Virus record (IMG/VR): IMGVR_UViG_3300037249_000709
Span: 102,767 to 166,766 of that record
DNA length: 64,000 nucleotides
DNA from: a virus
Taxonomy: Duplodnaviria; Caudoviricetes
Strand: one strand, 5' to 3'
Both the position numbers and the translations under genes were made by a program. Below are positions 32,879 to 41,987 of this stretch, in pieces (position 1 is the first letter of the stretch; each line of letters begins with the position of its first letter). The notes below the pieces were generated by a model, which saw only the letters and a list, made by a program, of their open reading frames with translations, searched no databases and was not told the origin of the DNA.

Positions 32879-34084
32879 TTATAGACTTATGTCGGACATT
32901 TTCTTTACTTCATTGTCTGTGCTGTCTTTCAGCAAGTGTGTATATACTGTTGTTGTGGAATAATCTGCGTGTCCCATAATCCTCTGAACAAATAACGGGT
33001 CTAATCCGAGTTCAAAGCACCTTGTTGCAAAAGTGTGTCTGAACGCATGAGGATGTATATGCTCAATAGTTCGCGGCGCTCGATGTTCGTCAATAGCACG
33101 AGTCATCTCAATTATCTTCATATTGCGTTCTATTCGGTTAATCTCGTGTACGATGTTATACCTCGTAAGAGGCGAACCAAGCGTGGTAGTGAAAACAAGA
33201 TTACCAAATTCGGGGTTCGCTCTCCACTTGTCTTTTGAGAGACTACGAAACTCGACCTGCTTTTTCCTCCACTTTTTGAATAGCTCTTCTGCGTTACCAA
33301 AAAATGGTATATTGCGATAACTGTTTACTGTTTTGGGTGGGTGTAGCCGTTCTACCTTTTCGCCGTCTATATACGCAGTCTGCATACCTCTTTTGATGTG
33401 AATACACTTGTGTTCAAAGTCCACATCTTCCCATTGAAGCCCCGACACCTCGCCTATCCTCATACCACTCAATAACATAATGGCGAATACTTCGTGATAG
33501 AAGCCATCTCTTGCTACTTCAAGGTAAAGGTCTTGCTCCCAATGGTCTAAAACTCTGCGTTCTTTCGGTGCTACCATAGCTTTCTTGATAAGTATGTCTT
33601 TGCAGGGGTTGAAAATTATCATCTTGTTGAGTAAAGCTGCATCCATACAGCTTTTGAATACGCTCAGCGCTTCTTTTATGGAACGATTGCTATATTCCCC
33701 TTCAAGTAACTCGTTCGTAGCTTCCTGCACATTGACTTGCGAAATGTCCTCAATTCTTTTCTTGCCGAGTATTCTGATATAAGTGTTGGCGATTTTTCTG
33801 CGATAAACCTTAATCGCCGTCTCACTTTTCAGATTTGGCTTCTTGTAAACATCAAACCATTCGTCGAACCATTCTTCCAACAACATTTTTGAACGATTAC
33901 CTGTTTCACAACGTATCACCTTTGCCTTTTCTTCTTCAAAAGTCTTTCGGAGTTTTGGAAGATTGAGGTCGTACAAACAAATGTTTACACCCTTTACTAC
34001 CGCACGAGCCTCATATCTTCCATCTGGTCTTTGTCTAAATCCTTTGCCTAAATCTTTGCCTTTCAAATCTTTACCCATAATCAA
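32879..34084 (-). CDS. int: Tyrosine integrase
   Basis: SGMRIGE, HAFRHTFATR and MGHADYSTT..Y catalytic motifs; N-terminal arm-binding QRPDGRYEAR. Confidence 0.95.
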   Translation of the reverse strand: MIMGKDLKGKDLGKGFRQRPDGRYEARAVVKGVNICLYDLNLPKLRKTFEEEKAKVIRCETGNRSKMLLEEWFDEWFDVYKKPNLKSETAIKVYRRKIANTYIRILGKKRIEDISQVNVQEATNELLEGEYSNRSIKEALSVFKSCMDAALLNKMIIFNPCKDILIKKAMVAPKERRVLDHWEQDLYLEVARDGFYHEVFAIMLLSGMRIGEVSGLQWEDVDFEHKCIHIKRGMQTAYIDGEKVERLHPPKTVNSYRNIPFFGNAEELFKKWRKKQVEFRSLSKDKWRANPEFGNLVFTTTLGSPLTRYNIVHEINRIERNMKIIEMTRAIDEHRAPRTIEHIHPHAFRHTFATRCFELGLDPLFVQRIMGHADYSTTTVYTHLLKDSTDNEVKKMSDISL

Positions 34085-34136
34085 CCATACCTTTCTAATA
34101 TAAAGATGCGCTAATTATGAGTTTATTCCTATGTAT

Positions 34137-34165
34137 AGTATATCACGAATTGGGTAAATAATCAA
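34137..34165 (-). promoter_or_regulatory. Integrase promoter containing a TACCCAA site
   Basis: Minus strand TTGATT-17 nt-TATACT with a TG extension; TACCCAA lies in the spacer. Confidence 0.55.
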
Positions 34166-34190
34166 CTGCTATTTTGCCTTTGCTTTCTAT

Positions 34191-34379
34191 TTAAAAAGGT
34201 ATCTGGTATTTGGCACATCTCTCAATATGCTCGTCAAACAGTTTCTTGTCTGCGTAAAGCCTATTTCCCATTCTAACAGTAAACTTACTGTCAGGGCGTT
34301 TAAGCATCTCACGAATTTTGGTTTTGCCCCAGCCAGTGTATTCGCATAGGTCGTTTATTGATAATAATCTTTTTTCCAT
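34191..34379 (-). CDS. Excisionase-like helix-turn-helix protein
   Basis: 62-aa basic protein (LLSINDLCEYTGWGKTKIREM) upstream of int. Confidence 0.75.
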   Translation of the reverse strand: MEKRLLSINDLCEYTGWGKTKIREMLKRPDSKFTVRMGNRLYADKKLFDEHIERCAKYQIPF

Positions 34380-34439
34380 ATCTGTAACCTCTTTTCGATA
34401 TGTATGTTCCCGACATTTATGTCGGCGACATATATTCTT

Positions 34440-34961
34440 TTAATTTGTTCCTGTACTTCCAAATCCACCATTTCTAATTGTTGTCACACAATCATCTTCG
34501 GCAACCCCAAACGGGAGAAAAATGCCTTGACATACAGCACTACCAGCTTTAACTTCAACAGGCTTCCCCATTACCCCGTCGTTTACAAATTTAGCCATAA
34601 TATGCCCCTCATTATCTGAGAAGTAGTAATCACTATCTATGATTCCTACAGTGTTTGCAAAACGCACACCAGTCTTAAACCCCATACCAGAACGTGGGTA
34701 CATAGTTAAAACCCAGCCCTTATTCATTTTGCAACGAATACCTGTAGGAAACGTAATCGACTCACCCTTTTGGAGCGTAAAGTCTACAGGAGAAAAGAAG
34801 TCATAACCCGCCGAGCCGATAGTAGCCCTTTTAGGCAAAACAATTTTCTCATATATTTCCCTAATCTTTTCAGGAGAAAAATCAAGCCCTGTTTTCTTAT
34901 TAGCCTCCACAAATTCCTTAATGCTTACCTTTTCAAATCTTGCTACTGTTTCCATTGTCAT
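34440..34961 (-). CDS. dut: dUTPase (trimeric)
   Basis: SAGYDF, PRSG, GIIDSDY and RNGGFGSTG motifs. Confidence 0.93.
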   Translation of the reverse strand: MTMETVARFEKVSIKEFVEANKKTGLDFSPEKIREIYEKIVLPKRATIGSAGYDFFSPVDFTLQKGESITFPTGIRCKMNKGWVLTMYPRSGMGFKTGVRFANTVGIIDSDYYFSDNEGHIMAKFVNDGVMGKPVEVKAGSAVCQGIFLPFGVAEDDCVTTIRNGGFGSTGTN

Positions 34962-35002
34962 CTGTTCCTCTCTTTTGTAAATAATCGTTTAATGTCTTAT
35001 TT

Positions 35003-35221
35003 TTAATTTACTAAAAATGGGTCATTCCACCAGCAATCTTTTTCTTTTACTTCTTCAATGCGTAGGTTGGTATGCCCCTCCATACATCTCTTGTCGTTTT
35101 GTGTAGGGTTGTTAAGCATTCTTTGAAGTACCTTTTTTGCAAAATTTCTATCACCCCTACACACCATTACAAGGCAGCCATCATAGTTTTTAGTGTCGCC
35201 CACAATTACATATTCGCTCAT
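35003..35221 (-). CDS. Hypothetical protein
   Basis: ORF with RBS in a co-oriented cluster. Confidence 0.6.
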   Translation of the reverse strand: MSEYVIVGDTKNYDGCLVMVCRGDRNFAKKVLQRMLNNPTQNDKRCMEGHTNLRIEEVKEKDCWWNDPFLVN

Positions 35222-35239
35222 AATGCCCTTTCTTAATAA

Positions 35240-35689
35240 TTAACATATTTTCATTCCCGCTACTTTTTTCCACATTTCAAGCAACTCCGCATATGACGAG
35301 ATTTCTGTTGTGGTTTTATAAAAGCCGATGTCCGCTTCCCTAAATTCATTTCTATCGGGGTCAAAGCTATATGTATCAATTTCTACACAATATCCATTTT
35401 CTTTTAGTATTTCGGCGAATCTTCTCCACCCGACACCATTGTTACTTATCGTTGCTCGTCCCAAATATTTGATGCCATTATCAAAACCCGTTAGCATATC
35501 ATCTGAATTGACATAAAATATTACCCCCACGTCCCCATCTCTCCTTATGCGGCTACAAACTGTGTAAGCGTTCTCTAATAAGGCGCGGATAATGTCATAA
35601 GCATACTCTTTCTTGATTACAAATGCTCCGACGTGTTTATAAAATCTTTTTGATAAATCCATTTTGTCACTACACCTTCTTGCATACAT
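35240..35689 (-). CDS. Hypothetical protein
   Basis: ORF track; the likely start is MDLSK. Confidence 0.55.
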   Translation of the reverse strand: MYARRCSDKMDLSKRFYKHVGAFVIKKEYAYDIIRALLENAYTVCSRIRRDGDVGVIFYVNSDDMLTGFDNGIKYLGRATISNNGVGWRRFAEILKENGYCVEIDTYSFDPDRNEFREADIGFYKTTTEISSYAELLEMWKKVAGMKIC

Positions 35690-36071
35690 CTTGCTCTTGT
35701 ATTTCTAAGATAGTTACAGCTTCGTCGTCTATATGCACAAAACTTTTCATATTTATTACTCTTTGCAATCTACCCTTTTCGTCAAATTTTTGGTTTTCCT
35801 TGTCAATTAGCTCCAGCTCCCAATAACCTTTTAAATGTTCTAATCGAGTAACATCTTGAATTATAAATGGTAAGCCTTTCTCGATTTCTTTAAAAGTTAT
35901 TTTAAATGGTGTTTTTTCTTTTGTCACACATTTTATCTCGTGAGATACAAACGGTACAGGAGAGTTTTCACTTGTTTGATAAAATACCAAGTATTTTTCT
36001 TGCTCCTTTAGGATTTTTGCTATATTATCCGTGTAACCTATGTAGTTATGCCAATAACAATACATTATCAT
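35670..36071 (-). CDS. Hypothetical protein
   Basis: ORF overlapping its neighbours, with RBS. Confidence 0.6.
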   Translation of the reverse strand: MIMYCYWHNYIGYTDNIAKILKEQEKYLVFYQTSENSPVPFVSHEIKCVTKEKTPFKITFKEIEKGLPFIIQDVTRLEHLKGYWELELIDKENQKFDEKGRLQRVINMKSFVHIDDEAVTILEIQEQDVCKKV

Positions 36072-36505
36072 TCCTCCTCATACGCATCTGGAAGTTCTCG
36101 CCAAGCGACTACTCTATCACAAGCATAATAGCCCCATTCGCTACTATAGCAATACCACCCAGAATTACACCCAGTATCTAAGGACATAATTTCCGTAAAC
36201 TCATTTGCATAACATAACATCGTAACATACGGTTTGTCAGAACCATAACCTTTTACCGTTGCCAAATATTCGCCATCATCAGTAGGCAAACGCTCTTTTA
36301 CTGAAATCCATTTCGATATATCACCACTCTCCTTTGCTATTAGTGCCTCTTTCATTGTTATGGGTGTTGTACCGCAAAAGGCATAAGGATGCAATGCGTC
36401 GTATGCGTAATCATCAGCAGCGTCTATAATGCGATTGGCTCTACAATTATCACTATCATCACAGAGTTCATCATAAACTAAATCAGAAAATTCTTCTCTT
36501 GTCAC
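36068..36505 (-). CDS. DUF551-like phage protein
   Basis: WISVKERLP...VVAWRELP motif. Confidence 0.7.
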   Translation of the reverse strand: MTREEFSDLVYDELCDDSDNCRANRIIDAADDYAYDALHPYAFCGTTPITMKEALIAKESGDISKWISVKERLPTDDGEYLATVKGYGSDKPYVTMLCYANEFTEIMSLDTGCNSGWYCYSSEWGYYACDRVVAWRELPDAYEEE

Positions 36506-36506
36506 A

Positions 36507-36905
36507 TTATTCCCCCTCCGATAAATCTATTGGGTCAATTTCCATATAATAATTTCCCCGAAGCCAACTTGTCCAAGGGTTTTCGTGGAGTTTCTGACCC
36601 TTAATAATCTTCTTGTTAAATTCCCCAATAGAGTTTCCCAAATATAATTCGTGGTTTAATTGGTACACAAGTGCTTCACGTTCTGCTTGTAATTCTGCAA
36701 CTTTTATGTCTTTAAATGAATACTCACTTAATATTCCTACTCCTAAAGCCAGTAAGACTGCCAAATCAACCAATGCTATTAACGCGGAAACGATACTGAT
36801 ATTATTCCAAAACTCACTAAAAAAATGATTCAATCGCAATTCTGATATTATAATCAGAATTATACATAGAGCAAAAATACCTAAGAAGATACTTGTTATA
36901 ATCAT
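36507..36905 (-). CDS. Membrane protein
   Basis: Two N-terminal hydrophobic helices. Confidence 0.65.
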   Translation of the reverse strand: MIITSIFLGIFALCIILIIISELRLNHFFSEFWNNISIVSALIALVDLAVLLALGVGILSEYSFKDIKVAELQAEREALVYQLNHELYLGNSIGEFNKKIIKGQKLHENPWTSWLRGNYYMEIDPIDLSEGE

Positions 36906-37108
36906 TATCGTTCTCCTTTATTCATATCAATAATCGCATCGGCAATATACTCCGCCGTGCTTTCTGCCAATGCCCAACCACTATATTTTCTATGGCAATA
37001 ATCACAACTTTCATCGTTATCATCACTTAAATCGTGCCGACAATTATCGCAATAAGCATAGCTAAGTTCTTTGCACAGCAAGTCAACTATTTTATTTTTC
37101 TCTAACAT
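36905..37108 (-). CDS. Small Cys-rich hypothetical protein
   Basis: CDNC...CDYC motifs; GGAG RBS. Confidence 0.6.
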   Translation of the reverse strand: MLEKNKIVDLLCKELSYAYCDNCRHDLSDDNDESCDYCHRKYSGWALAESTAEYIADAIIDMNKGER

Positions 37109-37160
37109 TTAATACTCCTTTGGATTATACATAGGATTTAACATAAATAAAAGATTAGTT

Positions 37161-37460
37161 TTATTCACTCCACCATTCAAGGGGTTCTTCAATCAATTCA
37201 AGAATATATGAGTCAAAATATTTTGCCCAGTCTCTAAATAAACTTAAATTTCGTTGCCCGGTTGCACAGGACTTATTAACAACTGTAATTAGAATCCTAC
37301 TGGGTTTAGTGGGAAGCCAGCCATCGGGGATATTTGAAAGAAGTAGTTGTTCATTGATATTATCTATTGACTTATATACCTCTGAAAAAGCGCACGGAAT
37401 TTCAATGTGCTTAATTGGTTGATGTACTCCATAGCTTCTATACATTAGTTGAATATACAT
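37161..37460 (-). CDS. Hypothetical protein
   Basis: GGAGG RBS and ATG start. Confidence 0.6.
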   Translation of the reverse strand: MYIQLMYRSYGVHQPIKHIEIPCAFSEVYKSIDNINEQLLLSNIPDGWLPTKPSRILITVVNKSCATGQRNLSLFRDWAKYFDSYILELIEEPLEWWSE

Positions 37461-37484
37461 ATTTGCCCTCCTTTTTTAATGTCT

Positions 37485-37877
37485 TTATATCCACATAGTA
37501 GGAAGAACCTCTGCCCACATATGTGCAGCTCTTTGCAAATTATCAGTTTCTTCATCATACGGAATATTTTGCGGAGCTTTGAGTAGATACTTTTCTAATG
37601 TAGAAATAATGTTTTCAATCATTTCTTTCTGTGTATAGATGTTTCCCTCAAACTCAAATTTATTATATGACAAATCAATGGGAGCTGTTTCTAAGTAAAA
37701 TCGCAATCTCTCATAAAGCCAGCAATAGAACGATACATCTAAGTTCCAGATTTCTCTACCGTCAAACCCAAGTTCTTTTCTCTGTAGTTTCCATTTTGCC
37801 ATTCTTTCTTTATCGTGTTTACAATAAGTGTCTGGGCGATTTGTATAACCTATTTCGTCTAAGTATTTTCGTTTCAA
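37485..37877 (-). CDS. Hypothetical phage protein
   Basis: GFD.RE.WNLD motif seen in phage proteins. Confidence 0.65.
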   Translation of the reverse strand: MKRKYLDEIGYTNRPDTYCKHDKERMAKWKLQRKELGFDGREIWNLDVSFYCWLYERLRFYLETAPIDLSYNKFEFEGNIYTQKEMIENIISTLEKYLLKAPQNIPYDEETDNLQRAAHMWAEVLPTMWI

Positions 37878-38692
37878 GCGATGCCCTCCTCTTTACTTGT
37901 TGCTTTCAAATATGCTTTAAGATTATCGGTGCAATAATCTTGCGGCACACGACTACTACGCAAGTGATTCTCTATGCAATAAAACTCTGCACAACATTCA
38001 TCACAACATTCGCACTTCGACAAGTATTCTCTACAAATTAAGTCCATAGCTAACCTTTGCCATTTTTCTTTCTTTGGTTTCTTAGCCGTGTCATTTTTCT
38101 TAACCGTTTCATCTTGGTCTTTGAATACAAAAGCCCACTCATATGCGTCTGTTGGAGATTTTAGTATGCCACAGCATACTTTGCCATTATAAATTTTACC
38201 TTTCTTGTGTTTGCAACCGCCAGCCCTCATATTCTCACCGCAAATCGAGCAAGAACATTTACCAATTCCACAACCAATACTTACTTCCTTCTTTATACCG
38301 CTATCAATAGCAGAGATTAAGTTCTTGTTTGCTTCGCTCACAGGTATATAAGCATCTGCTACGAGCCGAATATACTCTGCACCATAAGCGGTCTGTTTTG
38401 TGGAAAGTTTTTCTGTTCGGCAACGATAGATGCGAGGGTTCTGATTTTCTTTGAAGGGGTCGCTATCATAAATTCCCATAACGCCGACAAACATTCCCGC
38501 AAGTTTTCCAAGTGCATCTGAGTCAAAATACTCAAAATCCTTGTCAACGTCATTATCACAAAGAACCACAGAAAAAATATATACCTCGCCGGCAGAGTAG
38601 TTCTTATGTGCCACGCTATTTATAAGAGCCAAATCATTATTCATTACAATTCTCCCTCCATCTTTGCGCCACATCTTGGGCAGTAATCGCAA
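37874..38692 (-). CDS. Protein resembling a Firmicutes phage prohead-protease-like domain
   Basis: VVLCDNDVDKDFE, IKKEVSIGC, CSICG and DAYEWAFV motifs. The likely start is MNND (about 38645). Confidence 0.5.
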   Translation of the reverse strand: MRLLPKMWRKDGGRIVMNNDLALINSVAHKNYSAGEVYIFSVVLCDNDVDKDFEYFDSDALGKLAGMFVGVMGIYDSDPFKENQNPRIYRCRTEKLSTKQTAYGAEYIRLVADAYIPVSEANKNLISAIDSGIKKEVSIGCGIGKCSCSICGENMRAGGCKHKKGKIYNGKVCCGILKSPTDAYEWAFVFKDQDETVKKNDTAKKPKKEKWQRLAMDLICREYLSKCECCDECCAEFYCIENHLRSSRVPQDYCTDNLKAYLKATSKEEGIA

Positions 38693-38919
38693 TTATAATA
38701 ATCAGATGTGCTTTCTCCACAAGCTGTACAAACAGTACCAGCCCACCACCCTGTTTTCTGTGGAACACTCGCTACTTCGTCAACAACATACTCTTTAAAA
38801 TGGCACGGTAAATATAATTCTTGTTGGTCTAACTTGTCGAGCTTATGTAATACCTCCTGCCTGCTGATTAAATCATTCTCCATTATATTTCCTCCATTCT
38901 CGCACCGCAATTCGGGCAA
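38644..38919 (-). CDS. Zinc-ribbon hypothetical protein
   Basis: NDLISR...CTACG...YCPRCGAKM. Confidence 0.65.
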   Translation of the reverse strand: MPELRCENGGNIMENDLISRQEVLHKLDKLDQQELYLPCHFKEYVVDEVASVPQKTGWWAGTVCTACGESTSDYYNCDYCPRCGAKMEGEL

Positions 38920-39212
38920 TACTTGAAAAACTGTGTTTCATTGTCTAACACACTATACTTTGCAAGGCACTCCGAACACGCTATATCATCCGTAAAATAC
39001 GGCGTGTACTCATCGACACCTAAACTTCTTTTTTTCAATTCTCCATAGTATGTTTTGGCGTCTTCTATCCAATGCCCTGTTTTCGGCTCAACAGCATTGA
39101 CAGGATTCATAAAGTCGATGTCATCAAACAGGCGACTATACTCCTCAAAATCTGAATAAAAATCATTCAGCAAGTCAAGCACATCGGTTTTGCGTATCAA
39201 CTCGTTGCTCAT
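38883..39212 (-). CDS. Zinc-ribbon hypothetical protein
   Basis: CSEC...YCPNCGARM. Confidence 0.65.
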   Translation of the reverse strand: MSNELIRKTDVLDLLNDFYSDFEEYSRLFDDIDFMNPVNAVEPKTGHWIEDAKTYYGELKKRSLGVDEYTPYFTDDIACSECLAKYSVLDNETQFFKYCPNCGARMEEI

Positions 39213-40060
39213 TTACTCTCTACCTCCTTCATTTTTGCCCCACAATTCGGGCAAAATCTACTTTCCCGATTATTCTTGCAGCCGCACTTTGAACATCTAC
39301 AAGACAAACTACCTACATCGTACCAATAAGCCGTTACCAAATGTTTCTCCAGTAAGTTTAATACATCTTCGAGGCTAATAAATAATTCATTATCACCCTG
39401 AAATCTTTCGTATGTCTGCAATTTTCGTATATCCGATTTTAACCCATATAGTCTTATATTATTTTCTCTGGGATGCAGTAATGGTGTTTTAGGTGTGAAA
39501 CAGTTTTGTCCAAGACCATTATCGTCTACTGGGCGCTTTACATATCCCAACTTATACATCTTCTCTACGGAACTATCATCGACCCGTATGTATGGTTCTT
39601 CTATCCCGTGACCACAACAACATCCCACAGTGTTTACATTATGCTCTTTGCGCAATTTATATATTTCAGTTCTTAAACAGGTGTCAACCGAGAGGTTGTA
39701 AACTCCCTCTGGTGTAGGCATTTTACCTCTTATTATCTTATAACACTTATAACCACCTATTGGACTAAAATGGCACACGAGTTTTTGACGAATTTTTAGC
39801 AATGCGTTGATAGTCGTGTCACTAAGAGTTTTGTCTTGTTGTTCTCTCCCCAAAAGAAAACATATTGATTCTGCCAGATACAACTGTTCATCATTTAGAG
39901 CATTTCTATCAACATTAGATAAATCAATGCAAAATTCATTCTGTAAGGCATTTATAATACGGTTTTTTATTTTACGAAATTCACCTGCATACCATTCAGG
40001 AACATCATCTGGACAACAGATATTTCTTATTTCTTTGATAGCATCAGTATTAGATTTCAT
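39209..40060 (-). CDS. Modular hypothetical protein with C-terminal zinc ribbon
   Basis: TVGCCCGHG and CSKCG...FCPNCGAKM motifs. Confidence 0.65.
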   Translation of the reverse strand: MKSNTDAIKEIRNICCPDDVPEWYAGEFRKIKNRIINALQNEFCIDLSNVDRNALNDEQLYLAESICFLLGREQQDKTLSDTTINALLKIRQKLVCHFSPIGGYKCYKIIRGKMPTPEGVYNLSVDTCLRTEIYKLRKEHNVNTVGCCCGHGIEEPYIRVDDSSVEKMYKLGYVKRPVDDNGLGQNCFTPKTPLLHPRENNIRLYGLKSDIRKLQTYERFQGDNELFISLEDVLNLLEKHLVTAYWYDVGSLSCRCSKCGCKNNRESRFCPNCGAKMKEVESK

Positions 40061-40071
40061 ATATTCACCTT

Positions 40072-40329
40072 TTAATCTCCCTCAGTAAGTTTTAAAACAT
40101 CACTACGATTAATGTATAATTCATCGTCATTGTCAAATAATTTATAGGTTTGCAGTTTGAGTATATCTGCTTTGATTTTGGTTTGAACGCTTGGCAGACT
40201 TTCTAATACCTCTCTGATTTCCGAGGCATTGAGTTCCCAAGTGTCACCCCAATTATACCTTTTTGAATTTTGTCCTTTTTCAATAAATGCTAATAATGCT
40301 GCCCGCTTGCTAATTAAATCGTTTCCCAT
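40072..40329 (-). CDS. Hypothetical protein
   Basis: NDLISK start module; shares a KLQTY segment with 39209-40060. Confidence 0.6.
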   Translation of the reverse strand: MGNDLISKRAALLAFIEKGQNSKRYNWGDTWELNASEIREVLESLPSVQTKIKADILKLQTYKLFDNDDELYINRSDVLKLTEGD

Positions 40330-40511
40330 ATTTCACCGTCTATTGTCAATGTTATTTCCGCTCCCAGCATACCATCGCCTGTACTGGTTACAATGATAGT
40401 AGGATTAGGCATAAAACCCATATCCGTGTCTATAGATATTTCTCTCGGTTTGCCAGTTATTCCGCCAAATTCATTAGCTTTTAATAGTTCAATCAATTCT
40501 GTTGTTGTCAC
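40314..40511 (-). CDS. Hypothetical protein
   Basis: ORF with RBS. Confidence 0.55.
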   Translation of the reverse strand: MTTTELIELLKANEFGGITGKPREISIDTDMGFMPNPTIIVTSTGDGMLGAEITLTIDGEIWETI

Positions 40512-40523
40512 ACATTCACCCCC

Positions 40524-40886
40524 TTATTTTTGAAATTCCCTACACTGATAACCGTTGTTATTTAACCAATTACCAACCAAATGTCTATGGCAAAAGTCGC
40601 TTGGTTTTTCATAACATATCAATGCAAAATCTTCTGTGGGAGATAATTCAGATAATTCTTTAACAACCTCATCGGCGTTTAATTTATCTAAAACCAACTT
40701 ATTAAAATTCTCTATATAGTAGTCATTATCGTGTGTTCGTTTCCAGACCTTGAAGAAAGAATATTTTGGCGCAAGTTTCTTGTATGTTAATCCGCAATAA
40801 AAGTCTGGTGATTTGCCACATATTGCAATGGGCGTAATTGTGTCTGGAAGATTTCTAAGATTTGCGAAATATGATGTGTAAATCAT
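40524..40886 (-). CDS. DUF488-family protein
   Basis: IYTSYF, LAP and LICYEKP..FCHRHLV motifs. Confidence 0.75.
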   Translation of the reverse strand: MIYTSYFANLRNLPDTITPIAICGKSPDFYCGLTYKKLAPKYSFFKVWKRTHDNDYYIENFNKLVLDKLNADEVVKELSELSPTEDFALICYEKPSDFCHRHLVGNWLNNNGYQCREFQK

Positions 40887-40969
40887 TCACTATCACCTAC
40901 CTTTGGCAGTTCTTGCGGTGGATTGTCCATTGCGTATTGTGCTGCAACTTCAATGCCTTGTAAAGCACC

Positions 40970-41288
40970 TCAATCTTTTCTTGTTCCGTCATTTATTTTG
41001 TACTCCTGCATTTTTGCACCACAATCTGCACAATAATTCTTTGGAATATTCGTTCCGCCACATTCCGAACATTTACACCATTGCCCCCCAATATTCTGAA
41101 TCATACTCATATACCCATTCCCCATTTGCTTGATTTGCCGACTTTTCTTCCATACTAATTTGTTCAATTTCTTCACATAGAATCTGGTCAATCCACGCAA
41201 AGCCCTCGTTGAAGTGCTGTGCTATTTCGTGTCTTACGGCGTTGAGCCTTTTAATTCTTTCTTCTTTACTGATATAGCTATTGCTCAT
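40970..41288 (-). pseudogene. Zinc-ribbon family gene frameshifted in a G6 run (41084-41089)
   Basis: Removing one G fuses MSNSYISK...GEWVYEYDSEYWG to QWCKCSECG...YCADCGAKM, matching neighbouring paralogue architecture. Confidence 0.6.
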
Positions 41289-41335
41289 TGTCTCTCTCCC
41301 TTTGATATTTCGTTCTATGCAACTATCTGCATTCA

Positions 41336-41671
41336 CTAACCCAGGCGATTGTACCATTGGGTATTTTTTATTACTTCTTTATGCTCTTTTATAACCCTTT
41401 CCTGGTCTAATGCAAAAATATATTTAAATACAAACGACACATAATATAGCACACAATTTCCGATGTGTTCAATTAGTGTAAAAATCGAGATTGGCAAAAC
41501 AACTATCATCAATATAAATTTACCGCCAGAATTTAGATTGTTGGAGCTTAGTATTTTTTCAAATACGAACTCTCTATTGGCTATTATAATTCCCATATAT
41601 ATAGAGTTAAGCAAAATCCATATTGAGAAGCAAAAGGCAAATAGAATCGTTCCGATTTGGTTATCGAACAT
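41336..41671 (-). CDS. Membrane protein
   Basis: GGAGG RBS and several hydrophobic segments. Confidence 0.6.
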   Translation of the reverse strand: MFDNQIGTILFAFCFSIWILLNSIYMGIIIANREFVFEKILSSNNLNSGGKFILMIVVLPISIFTLIEHIGNCVLYYVSFVFKYIFALDQERVIKEHKEVIKNTQWYNRLG

Positions 41672-41741
41672 TTAGAATACACCTCCTAGTCAGTAGACAT
41701 TTTTATTGTGGTATAAATAAAATTCCTCTATTATTGCTTTG

Positions 41742-41972
41742 TTATGAAAACAATGTACATCCAGACTCTTTGAAGTCCTGCATTTTATTGTATAAATCCG
41801 ATATTTCGCATTCCAGCAATTCACTCATGCAAAAAACACAATAGAATGAAATAGCATTAGGATTTAATATTTTCTTATTTAATCCAACTGTGTCTTTTTC
41901 AGAAAACGATATTTCTACTCCACTATCATTGATATTTGTTATGAGCCGTTCTCCACACTCTCTGCATTGCAT
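41742..41972 (-). CDS. Small Cys-rich protein
   Basis: CREC...GLNKK...FYCVFC...FKESGCTLF. Confidence 0.65.
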   Translation of the reverse strand: MQCRECGERLITNINDSGVEISFSEKDTVGLNKKILNPNAISFYCVFCMSELLECEISDLYNKMQDFKESGCTLFS

Positions 41973-41987
41973 AATATACTATCTCGT

